Source: Ancylonema sp. (Eukaryota). From it: a DNA stretch of 64,000 bases. The stretch spans positions 1 through 64,000 of the forward strand of contig JBFLGF010000033.1 of the NCBI GenBank assembly GCA_050230475.1, read 5' to 3'. Position numbers and translations under genes: made by a program. How positions within the stretch are numbered: position 1 is the stretch's first letter; every line of letters starts with the position of its first letter. The notes beneath the pieces are model-generated. The model was given only the letters and a program-made list of their open reading frames with translations, had not been told where the DNA came from and made no database searches. This document shows positions 12,401 through 24,023 of this stretch, piece after piece.

Positions 12401-14009
12401 CTCGAGTTGCAGATAACACCTGCCCTAGGGACTCCCTGTCACATGCTCCCTGGAACCCCACCCTGACCCTGAACCCTACACGGGTGTTCACAGACTTTCT
12501 TCCCAAGAAGGAACCCCTCCTCTGACCTGAACGCCCTCGTCCCCGATGCCGTTCCCACTGAGGTTTAGGGCTTTGAGGAAGCCGTTGGTGCCCAGGGAAA
12601 CGGTCATGGCTGCGATACCGTTTGGCCCGATACCGTTGGACGAAAAATCCACAGAGTCCGCATTCTACATTCACCCCAGAAAACCAGAGCGGACTTTGTC
12701 AGCCTCCAGTCGCTGACTAGCCACGCACTGCTTCGAGTCCCTCGTCACACCTGGTTGAATGCTAACCCCTCTGCTAGGTACGTGAAGCCCTCGTCCCCCA
12801 AATTCTTCGCTGCATCCCCGCAAAAAGGGTTCAGGGCTATATGCGGAGCACGAGTGTATACACGTGTACACGAGTGATTATGGGATGTAGGAGAAAAATA
12901 CAAATGAAACATAAGAGAATACACATGTAATACTTGCAGATACAGAGAGAAAATATTACACTCCCCCCTGTATTTGTACGTATATTGAATGTATCCCTGC
13001 CACTAATGATGCTTTAGAAGGAAACATAAAAATCTGCCGGCCCTCGTTTGCACTATTGATACAATACCAGACAACCGGCTTGGAAGTCTGAAAACCCTAA
13101 ATCGTGTAAGGACCCCAGAACCGATCCTGAAAACCCTAAAATTTGGATGTGGGCCCCACCGCTGACATCCACAACACGCATATTCCTCAACTCGGTTGCC
13201 ATTTCCCTCAACTGCCCCTTGGATGCCTGCGCCAGCTGGCGCTCCCTCTTCACTTTGCTGAACCCCAAGTCATCCCCAACTGCGCTCCCTCCCTTGGAAT
13301 TCCCCCCCTTGCGAGAGGCAAACTTATAGAGCCCTGCACCCCTTCTTCCAGAGCGTCAGAATGTGAGGGATGACAGAGAGGGGAAGGAAAAGGGAGAATG
13401 GTTTATACAGGAGGGTGTCAGATGAAAGTGAGGTCTTCCAGGGAGGTTGGTGGAAGGACTATTTTTGAAAATTCGGCCACCATGATGCTGTACAGAGCTC
13501 GTATTACATGTGGTGCGGTGCGAACGTGGAAAGGGACATTTACCAAATCCAGCGGCGCAAAGGAAAGCAATACCAACCCCAAGGCCCACAATCTCCTCGT
13601 CCAATGGGAATGCAGGAGGCTCAGCTGCTCGAACCCCCTGCTCTAATTTCCGATTATTCCTGGCACCAGAAATATTTGCAGGGGGAAGGGGTCTATTTCG
13701 AGGCGGTGGGTCGCCTCCCCTGGCCCCAGGTGAGAAGGGAGGGAGGCAGCAAGATATTCTGACGAGCCTCTTTGATTGATCCTTCTGTGTGGAGGGATAT
13801 GGGCTTGAGGTTCGGAATTCATTTTCAAGATATCGTGGCTGCCCGTGAATCTGGGCAACAAGAGAGGAGGCGAGGAGGTGAGGTTGCAATTGGGAGACAG
13901 GAAGTTTTGAAAGTAGCGACGTATAAAAGACACTGATCTTCGTCTCCGGTCGTGCGTATGATTGACAGCGGCTAGGTACATCAGCCAGGAACATCTGGCG
14001 TGTCGCCAT
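9401..14009 (-). CDS. RNI-like leucine-rich-repeat protein with transit-peptide-like N-terminus and one TM segment (resembles Arabidopsis At1g10510/EMB2004 family), multi-exon
   Basis: Repeated LxxLxLxxNxIGDEG exons (e.g. SLQWLSLYMNDIGDE, LDLRANKLGDK, LTSLDLGFNEIR). The last exon reads VALSEAKDIVSEMNDGREVTILF*. Confidence 0.82.
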
Positions 14010-15744
14010 GGCGGAAGATGAATCACGGGTGTATCGGTTGAGAAGTGGACATAGTTTTTTCGCCCAAGGAATCGTAGGTGCTACCGACCGGCTAAAGAAC
14101 CGGCGAAGAACCACGGTCAAAATTGCGGTCTGCTAGGGTTTTTACATATTTGCACGACACGGCACCTGGACCCGATTCGTCTTATCGAAACGCGATTCGC
14201 TCTAAATGTTGTTGGAATCTACCCGACACGCGTGCTGGTGTCCGATACGGCCGGTGTTCCGTATTCCTTGCCTACAAAAAAAGGAAACCTAAAATCTCGG
14301 GGAGACAAAGCAATCGGTTTCTTTTTTTCTATGTCAGACAATAAACACTCGTGTGCTTATATGGTGGGAGTTGTGGCTTATACAAAGAGATCATGTCCGA
14401 TTAAGTGAGATGCGCTTAAATTCGGAATATTATGCTTATATAGCAACAGCGGCTTATACAGTGAAATGCACCTATAACGTTGAAATGTGCATATATTGTA
14501 GAAACGAAGCATTACGGCATTTCGCCCCATCATTTAGCCATGATTGGCACGAGTGGGTAATGAACCAATTTAAGACACGTGTTGTGTCATAACATTTGTA
14601 CTAGGCTTTGAGTTTCGATTGGCGACCGAAGGCCTTAGTTAGCTACACGACGTCATTTCGCCGCCACTTTCGGCACCATATTCGCTAGTCTCTGACACAA
14701 GGCGTACAGGGACCACGCGACTGAACAGATAGGGGAACACCTCACTCTTTCCACCCGCTATCTTTTAACATAGACACACACGTAGCAAGATGCGGTGACT
14801 TAAGAATATATTACAATAGAGACAAATGTATGATAGATGCCTTCTGTCCTTTGTGTACCAGGAGCAATCCATGGCGGAAGCCAACAATGCTACTGTGTGT
14901 TAGAATATGCTTTCCTTCTGATATACATTGCATCTAGCTCTTATAGTGATATCCATGACGTAGTCGTATAGAATACTTGGTTGGTAATGTGTTAGCGGAA
15001 TGTCGGTTGGCCGGCAGCCATTAGATGCTCGGTGAGAAGAGAAGATGCTTATTTGTTAGAGAGACAGAGTAGTATAAAAGCTTGGAACAGTTATACTGAG
15101 ACCTAATCTGGTCTCAGTACTTCCCGGGAACCGCTGCAAAAATACCTTGCCAAATATCGTGTTTTGTGAGTTCGGCTGGGAATGGAATTACCTTTTTCAT
15201 CTAATCTTTGTTGTAATCGAGTGTTATCTTTTCATTCATCGGGTGCAACCTATTCACTCATCAATATTCAGAATCGTATACTTTACATACAGTCCAAGGC
15301 ATCCCTTGCCATTGGAAGACTAGAAAAAGCATTTTGCCATTAAGTCGAACTTGTGATGAATTTCAAGGACTTATGCGCATCGAATATGAATGTGCGTTCG
15401 ACCTCGACTTGGTCATGCATCATAAAGATACATTCATGTGTAATGAAATGTTGCAATTCGCACGTGTTAATTATGTATATCGGCACGATTTGTTATACGC
15501 AATCATTCACACGTGGAACATGAGCACGACGCCATATAGTACGACATCTATATGAATTATTATTTCATGTGTTGTCCATGTATAATAGGGTCTTGGACAC
15601 ATCTTGGCATTTGGCCTAGTCGCCATTCCGAACAAGACCTCATCTAGATTGAACATTGACGAGTTTGCTGGTATCCATAGCCTCTATTATTCGTGTTTTT
15701 AGGATGAGTGAATTGGAAGACAATGTCGAATTACGTTAGAATGG

Positions 15745-16430
15745 ACATGACATGCTAGATGCGATCATGATGCAATACACACACATAGCATCAAAATAAG
15801 ATTATCTAATCGTGTCGACACACACAATCTCATAACATACACAACATATATTGGCAGGTCAGGCCATCGAGTCAAATGCGGATCACTCGATGCAAGTGCT
15901 CACGTATGAGTACAGCTATGCGTAAGAGCGACATGCGTCGACACGGTGAGGCGATAACCGAGAGACAATCACAAAGACAAAGTACACAAGCTTGTATGGA
16001 GAAGTCTCTTATTGAGTGCGACTCTCGCAAACGTGCGATAGTGCTAGCAAGTTGTACAGGTATAGGCTTCTGTGAGCTGTCGGCTATTGTGCGTGGTGTT
16101 AGTCAACTTGACAAAGCGATCGGCGGACGACCTATCGCTAACTAGCAAGATCTAGTACTAAATCTTGCCTGCTTACTTCTACTCGAAAGTACGCGTCGAC
16201 GGTTTCGACGGTCGGAAGGATCTAAAGCATGAAAATGGTCGACATGAACAAGTGCTTCACTAAGCATCAACTTAGAACGAATACATCGCTGATTCGACAT
16301 GACACGATCACGCACGACAACTGACATGCTAGGTGCGATTGTGATGTAATATGCACACATGACTACTCAAGCATCAAATGTAGCTATCTAATCGTGTCGA
16401 TGCACTCAATCTCATAACATACATATCATC
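15745..16430. repeat. ~110-bp diverged direct repeats (15745-15850, 16320-16430)
   Basis: Both copies share TGACATGCTAG.TGCGAT...TATCTAATCGTGTCGA...AATCTCATAACATACA. Confidence 0.65.
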
Positions 16431-16439
16431 ATGAGATCA

Positions 16440-17110
16440 TGGCAATCCCCTCCTCCAGATGTCGTAACGCTCCGCGACGCACATGAGGACACTATCTCTC
16501 ACACACACACCCACAATCTGGCATTGGAGCGTCCTCCAAGTGTTGGATCCAGGCCTGAAAATGGGATGCCTCCCACAAAGCATATATTATGGCGAGTGAC
16601 CCACAACGGCTTGCTTGGACATGCAATATCCCTTGGTAATGTAGGGCATGTAGAGGCCCCAATTTGTCTTGCTCTTATCTAGTAGCACCTTCCTCAACCC
16701 CCCCCTAAGTTTCTGCACCATCCGCTCAGCCAGCCTGTGTAACTGAGGTTGTTCCCTCGATGCCAACCTGTGCGAAATCCCATGATTCGCCAACAACGTT
16801 TGAAATGCTCCCTAAAACTCCGTCCCTTGGTCTTTGAGGACCTCCCTGGGTGCCCCAAAGCGTGAAAGCACCTGGCCCAGAAACGCGTGTGCTACATCCC
16901 CACTACTCTTGCTATGCAACAGAATCAACTCTGCCCACTTTGTAAAATGCTATATCGCTACCATGACATATATATTCCCCCATCTGGTGACAGGCAATGC
17001 GCCAGCCAAATCAACTCCCCCACGATAGTTCAACCCACCCAGAGGCAAAGGCTGGAGCTCCTAATGAGACTCCTAAAAACCAGCCTTCACCCGCACACGT
17101 TGTTGGATTT
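16440..17110 (-). pseudogene. Ty3/Gypsy integrase relic (stops and frameshifts)
   Basis: Minus-strand translation gives DLAGALPVTRWGNIYVMVAI*HFTKWAEL, VLSRFGAPREVLKDQGTEF and LAERMVQKLRGGLRK...W..YMPYI..GY, matching the rve core pattern. Confidence 0.8.
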
Positions 17111-17259
17111 ATAATCTTAAAGTGTCTAGTAATATGGGCGCAATGTTTCGATTAGCGCCAGAATTGGTGTTGAGGGGTTTCTAAGTAGAGAGGTAATTTG
17201 GGGACGTACGTAATAAGTGTTTTTGTACTTTGGGGACATGAGAGGTGCATTGGTAGAAT

Positions 17260-17800
17260 GTGTCAATAAGCCGCGAGCTGTGAGTTGTGAGTTGTGAGTT
17301 GTGAACTGTAAATGCATGTAATATCATACGTGATGAAGTTTGTCGACATGTACAATACGGTGTCGACAATGTCGTGAATGGATAGACAAGTGGCGTATCT
17401 TGTACATACGTGTAATGTAGTTGGTGAGCATGTACATGGACGAAGATGGCAGCCGCAAAGTAGTATATTGATTGTCTGGATATAGGGGAATCTTTGTGGT
17501 CGAAAGTAATCATCTGTGTGAGGAAAATAATATTGCGAGTGTAATGCAATGAACACATGTCCCTGCATGCAGTATTGAGTGATGTGAATTCTTATCGACA
17601 TAGGAAACATGTCATGCTGCATGGGGGATTGAGTGCCGTGAATTCTTATCGACATAGGAAACATGTCGAATAGTGGTATCACAGCGAAATCGTCTGCTAT
17701 TGCTGTGGGAAGAAAGGCCACATCAAGCCGGAGTGCAAGTCCAAGGAGCTGAGCTGCCGAAGGTGTGGAGTCGTAGAACATATGGAAAATATGGGTTGAG
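17260..17800 (+). mobile_element. Degenerate LTR end + tRNA-iMet PBS fused directly to gag CCHC zinc-knuckle remnant
   Basis: TGGTATCACAGCG at 17674, followed by CYCCGKKGHIKPEC and CRRCGVVEHMENM (17695-17796). Confidence 0.65.
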
Positions 17801-20018
17801 ATAAAAATGCGGATTCGGTCGAAGGTAGCGGTTCGGGCGGCTGATCATGCGGAAGTGTCACAATTTTTTTTGAAGCTGGGCTGCTCGATTCGTTCGCCTT
17901 CGACCTCTCAAACAATATCAATGATGATCAGTTTTACATATTTCTTTTTTATTAAAGCCGCAAGGTAGAAGTGAATGAGGCGGAGCCTGATTCCTTGAGT
18001 GGAGGCAATTCTGCAGAAATCAATGCAGCACATCCCGTCATCGACAAGGTTGCGAAATTTGCTGAATCTGACGATGTTCTTGAACTCATAATAGCGTCTA
18101 AACTCAAAACTCAGATTATTGAATGATCAACAATATATCTCAGATAGCAATGTTAGCGATCGACACATTCTCATTGAACACATACTCATACTCATACACA
18201 TTGCGCCACACATAGACAAAGCTTCTTTCACACAAAGCAAGTGAAAACAAATCCCGTAGAAGGGTTGTCACTATAGTGGTCCGGTAGGCGGATCTGAGTC
18301 TATTCGCGAAAATTCCTACCTTGCATAGTTCATTTCAATCAAGGCACCACTAGATGGTTCATGACCCTAGATACATCGAACGATCAATCTAAACCGCGAA
18401 CACAAAATCTACTCTAAATACAACTCGCGCGCTGTGTCAGTCTCCATGTCAGGCCACGTTGTCATCGACACAAATTACCGATGCAATATTCTAATCACAA
18501 TGACCTACGTCTGAATACTAACTAAACATTACACAAGCACAAAGCACGTTTACGCATTCCATGGACGCACATTTACACACCAAACCAAACTTCACCAAAA
18601 CGCAACAAAAGTTCCCATTGTCCTAAACTGGCAAATTTGACCATCTAAAAACCATAGCACTTATTTAATACATAAGTCATGTTGCACCATACATCTCATA
18701 GTTCTGAATTCAGAAGTGGAAACTGTCGGAGAGAGGTTCTGGCAGGTCGGTGATGTTGCGTCTCGTGGTGAAATTGGGATGGCGAAGGCCTCTAGGGGCC
18801 AGGTTCAAAGGTGGTGATGGTGGCTTCGGAGTCGGAGGGTGCTTACAGGCAAAAGCTACGTGGTGAAGTGATGTTGTCGATTTGTGTATCGGTGCGAGAA
18901 TTTGCTACCGAGCAAAGTGGGGATAATGCCACGACATCTCAAGAGAGTGTGAGAAAGGTGCCGGAAACTTCTAGACATGGGGGTCACACGGTAGCCCTTG
19001 TAATGGAATCTGAGATTGAAAAAGTGGCTATAGATTTCGGTGGAATCTGTTTTGGTGATTTTTAGGTGTTTGACGATGTTCAGAAGTTGTTTGAAATGAA
19101 GAAAGCGAGTCAGGTAGCTAGGAATAGTGTTGTGAAAGGGGAGGGAAGTGAAAGCATCGGTTTTGGTGGAGACTCCACTTTACACAGCGATGACCATTGT
19201 ATACGCAACTAAAAACGTGAAGCAGTTTCATGTTTCATGTGACACTCTGGCCCTTATCGTTTCTAAGTGTGCCCCAGTGGTGTTTAGCACTTGCCTTTTA
19301 TTCATTGTGCATTGTTGTCGCGTTGTCTGCATCCTGGCTAGTACATGTATTATGTCATTGATTGTGATTCTTGCAAGCTACTGATCGTGTAATTTGTCGG
19401 TCGATAGAGCTTGCCAAAGTTCAGAGCATCCGCACATATTATAGTTTCATACACTCACGCTTAGAATTCAAGCAATACATTGCCTTGGGTAAATCAAGTC
19501 AGAATCATTTTGCACATGGAGGATATGTGTAGATCGTGTGCTTGCACTCGATGGTGTAGATGATGGGGAGAGATACATTTCGTTAGACACGTGGCATGGA
19601 TATGCATGTGTGAAGAGCATAAATCCACACGTGCGGGTTCGCACGTGTGAGGTCGTGTTCGTTGGGTGGTCGAGGTGTGGTCACAAGTGTGGAGAGACAC
19701 GTGTCGGTATGTTCGTTAGTACGGTGCCATTACACGTGTGGGAGTAGACAATGCTAGAGGGCACGACACAACCATTACCAATCATGATGGTCCAACCAAT
19801 ACCATCTAACGGTATGCGACTGATCAAACCTGCTCATTGGTTACTTGTCAAGCAAGAAGAGGAGGCAAAGGTGTAATGGGTACTTAATGGAGCTTCCTTA
19901 TTAAAAAAATTGCTCTCGTCGAACAAGACAATGACGACTATCTTCGCGTAATTTGTACACTCACATCACTAGGTTAATGCTTATAACAACCCATCAGTGG
20001 TAGGCGCGGAGTCGAATG

Positions 20019-21162
20019 TCACTTACGAGTCTCCGCTTTTCGGGCCTCCTTGGCTGTGCTCATAACAAACATGACCAATTGTATTGAGATCTCGCGAAGA
20101 CTCCCGTGTTAATAAGTCATGGCTTGTTGCCCACAAGCAAAACAGTCAATGGTTTCAAGAAGACAACATACATACATTACCCCTTTTCCACGATCCACAT
20201 ACATCAAACTTTTCCAACTTATAGAGACTCAACTCATGGCAACTCCCGGCAGACCTTGGATCCTCACCTAGTCTTTCTTCTTCGCGTTTTTTGGTAGCTT
20301 CTTCCCGCTGCTTCCGGATGAGTGCCAATCGCTCTGCCACACACTCCCAAACTTCGTTAGAGGCATCCACGCATTGTTCTCCTGTCCACACTAAGTCATC
20401 ATCTGCCCACACTAAATAAGCCCTAAGTTCCTCTTCACATCGTACCGAGATCTTTTTGCGCTTGCTCAGTTTTCCCTTCCTCCTGAAGCTTCATGTATCT
20501 CTCTCGCGACTGCTGCTTTTGGAGCTCCTCCCTGAACCCAAACCCACACCATGCATTCAAAACCTTCTCACTCTCCTCTTCTACCTCCCCCACTCCACCT
20601 CACCTTTCTCGTCTAGAAAGCTCTGTGGGCCCTTTGTCCTGATCCCCCCCATCCAAAAACAATGCCTCCTCCCCATAAGCACATGACCCTACGAGGTCTA
20701 CCCTCCACCCTATACCCCGTAGCGTCTATCCAAAGCCTCCACCCACTAAAAGAGGAGGGTTCTGCTTTCTGAACCTGTCCTTCAAGTCTGCTCCTTGCGG
20801 CACATATAGATGGGGTATACCTTATGGTCAGGACAGGGAGGTGTGTAGATGGTGTAGAGTTGAGTCTTACCGTGGCTTGGCTCACTTTCACTGCTGATTT
20901 TGTCCTGGCATTCAGGTTCTCTGATTGTATCAAACCAGACACGCCCTTAGATTTCTGAAACAGGACAAAGCACGCACAGAAAGTGAGAGTGAGCTTGTCC
21001 TTGAGAGCATAACGATGACCAGAATATGGTGAGGACAAGACAAATGAGTTTGAGCTTTGAAGCCATAATATCATCTGTGAAGTCATGTGATCTGGTGATC
21101 CTGACAGACAAGCCTGTTCCACATCTTCCCCCACCTGTCCTTCTTCTTCCTCCTCCTCCTCT

Positions 21163-21194
<32 letters not shown>

Positions 21195-22311
21195 AGGATC
21201 CTGCAAATATACCCCCATTGCCTTACCCGACTGATGACTAAAGGCCCATATTCAACAGTCTTGAGCATTCCTCCATATGATTTAAAAAAATCCATCCCCT
21301 AATAGATTTCCACCCAAACGGAAAATCATTCAGAGTGACCACCAATGATGCACACTGTAGCGAACATGAGATGCCACGCGTATCACTGAAGGATTTTATA
21401 TAATTTTAAAAGATATTTCTATCATTTTCCAGGTTGTGGAACTATCAATCGCAAGGAAAATATACCAGTCTACCATAGCACATGTTCAGGATGGACAACG
21501 GACTCTTGTAGCCGTTCCAATCCATCAATCACCAAAGGCAAGGCTGCCATGAACACAATGATCAGTGTTGTGACATAGGTAAGCTGCTTCCAAAATCCTG
21601 AAACGACGTCGGAATTGCAGACGTCGGTATTGTAGCACAGTCATGCATACAACCGCATGTAACAACTCTATCAGAAAAACCGAGTGAGGTGGCGGTATCT
21701 GGATCTCCCGCTTTGGATTGATTCATGGAAATTCAAGTGCATTGAGTGACTGACAACAGATGATGGATCAACCGCATACCACATGCTGCTGTTTGGGAGA
21801 TATAAAATCAATGAAAGCCCAAGCTCAAAATCAACGAAATTAGACCGAAGTAAGTCATTGCTAGAAGCACAATGATAATGATGGTTGACAGGCAGGGGTG
21901 TGGCAGGACTGTCGTGACCAGAATCAGCCCACTGAGCGAAATTCAACTCAATTAGTGTGGTTGAGGTGGCAGTCTGATTCAAGATGACGAAGGAGGGTCA
22001 TTCTCACCCGCCTCTTCCATTTGGGATCGGATAAGGTTCCAGAGGCTGTACCCACAAAACAGTCGGGTTGAACGTAAGATATCACGGCCAGAAGAAAAGT
22101 GCAGGATGCAGCACAGGACCAACAGCCGGCTTAATATACGCGTGCGTGATGGGATCACATGCCACGCACATGCGATCGGACAATATGTGTAAACCATTGA
22201 ATTTTAGGCAATACGGAGGGAACACGTGCACTTACCCATCTCTTCGGGCGTAGAGAACGTCCGCCTCCCAGTTGGCCCAGTCTTTCTTCCTCTCCCAGCT
22301 CCTCCTCCCAT
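20019..22311 (-). CDS. PDAP1: 28-kDa heat- and acid-stable phosphoprotein (PDAP1/HASP family), multi-exon
   Basis: Exons encode MGGGAGRGRKTGPTGRRTFSTPEEM, a poly-E tract, KGVSGLIQSENLN, RERYMKLQEEGKTEQAQKDL, ERLALIRKQREEATKKREEE and AKEARKAETRK*. Confidence 0.85.
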
Positions 22312-22906
22312 GGCTGCTACTCAATGTTTTGACAAAAAGACGTGCTCAAAGGTATCACTAGCGAGTGTGCAGAGAAAATTGGGGAGCGGAGACAATTCAA
22401 TTGCCTTGCAAGGCAAGATGTTCTTAACAAAGCATATATATGTCCCCCGTGGTAATTTTGAAGGGTAACCCTTGGCTTCCATCTACCAGGGTTCTACGAG
22501 GGGGCCCGTGGAAGCGAACGAACTGAAACGAGGAGCACGCAGGGACGACCGCCCAGCGCCCAGTCGCCCCCAGCTTCCCAGCCCCCAATCCCGGACTCGG
22601 TCGGCCCACTGCACCCATCCGCCAGTTAGGATTATGGGAGGTCGGATATGTGATTGCTTCCACATCCGTCTTCGTTACTTCCAACGTGGGTACCATACCG
22701 CCACTCGAACCCCCACTTACCGTAGCGGCAAGACTTAATTCACCACCGATTCATTCCAAACCCGTGGTGTGGGGGTACGAAAGTACTCATGTTTATCGAT
22801 TGTTGAGGGTGTGAAGTGGGGGTTTAGCGTTTATTTACCAATAAAAGTATGCCAAGGCTTCCCGGTGGACGTTTAGCGTTGGCGCTGGTTTCAAACCCTC
22901 GGGTCG

Positions 22907-23250
22907 TCGAGAGACATATAGAGACATGAATGATGACAGAAAAGGTCGTGGCTTCTTTAGACTGTGATGTCTGAATATATGCATCAAGTGTTATCGTCGC
23001 CTATTTTTGCACCCTGCTCTAGGTACGACAGTGGTTCGAATCTCGTGGAATACAACAAACTTTCTTGACGTCCTTGTAGCCCGCGATCTCACATCAATTT
23101 CCAGCTAGTCTCTGCAACTTTGATTCAGATGCGACCCAGCTGGTATGGGGCCGGAACTGGGATGGCAATGGTAGTGGGCTTGGGGGTGTGGGTACACGAA
23201 ATGACCCGGTGGTGGGGGGATCGAAATTAAATAAAAACTGGAAAACTAAT
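22907..23250 (+). repeat. Dispersed ~330-bp repeat, second copy at 30527-30860
   Basis: Shared blocks TCGAGAGACA.A.AGAGACATGA, GGTTCGAATC.CGTGGAAT and GGAACTGGGATG...GGGGGTGTGGGTA. Confidence 0.7.
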
Positions 23251-23565
23251 TTTTTTCATTGTTCGTGGTTCGGAAGTTTATCCAATGTCATTGGGGTATG
23301 TGCCAATTTTGTGTGTATCGGTAGATTGGTGGGCGCCGCAAAGGCTTATGGGTTTGTAAATAGTTGTCGATGACTCGTATCGATGACTGTCGACAAGTAT
23401 ACGATAAGTATGACGTTATATGTGCATAGTAGCTTGCGTGCATGTATATCTATAAGAGATTTAGTGCAACAACATTCTCAAAGTCTGAGTTTTGGGTATA
23501 GGAACAAACATGTCTATCGTAAAATAATAATATGTGTGAGGGAAATTTGGTTGCTTGGTGTAATA

Positions 23566-24004
23566 TGACAAAGAGGGGGATTGTAGGAAGAGGTTGTCTA
23601 TTTGCCTAAGTTCCTATTCCGGCATAATTAATCCGGTCGAACCGATAGGCCGGATGCATGTTAGTCGATACGTCATTTCTATTGGTCTATGTGCATGACG
23701 GTGTGCGTATTGAATGTGTGGATTGTAAATTCAGGTGTAGACTCTTGATTGGTGCATTAGATAACGTGATAACTCATCATGATCATGACTCAGCCATTTG
23801 TATCGGTGAAGTAGACGTGGGCGCGGATCTGAGTAGGTCGACTCATTGTTCGTGTCTAGCGGAACTTGCCCAAGATCAGACTTTTGGACCGTGGGAATCT
23901 AATTGATCATACTAGCAATTCATGGCGTACTCAAACTGATTGAAGTGTGCAGGTTCAGTGTATGGGCACTGGTCGAAAGAAATCCGCAAGAGATGGATTT
24001 AACA
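23566..24004 (+). repeat. Copia 5' LTR (including a 16-nt PPT-containing extension)
   Basis: Aligns to 28460-28914 and is followed by the PBS. Confidence 0.9.
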
Positions 24005-24023
24005 TATGGCATCAGAGCGACGG

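Noticed and set aside
13090..13142. Telomere-like AAACCCTA motifs in introns (also ~34750, 35650, 41360)
   Set aside because: Isolated telo-box-type heptamers, not tandem arrays; no evidence of a chromosome end or fusion.
14898..15260. Possible solo LTR (TGTTAGAA start, TATAAAAG)
   Set aside because: No matching inverted terminus or TSD was found.
18700..19140. Purine-rich coding-like stretch
   Set aside because: Possibly a decayed retroelement spacer, but no domain motif supports a call.
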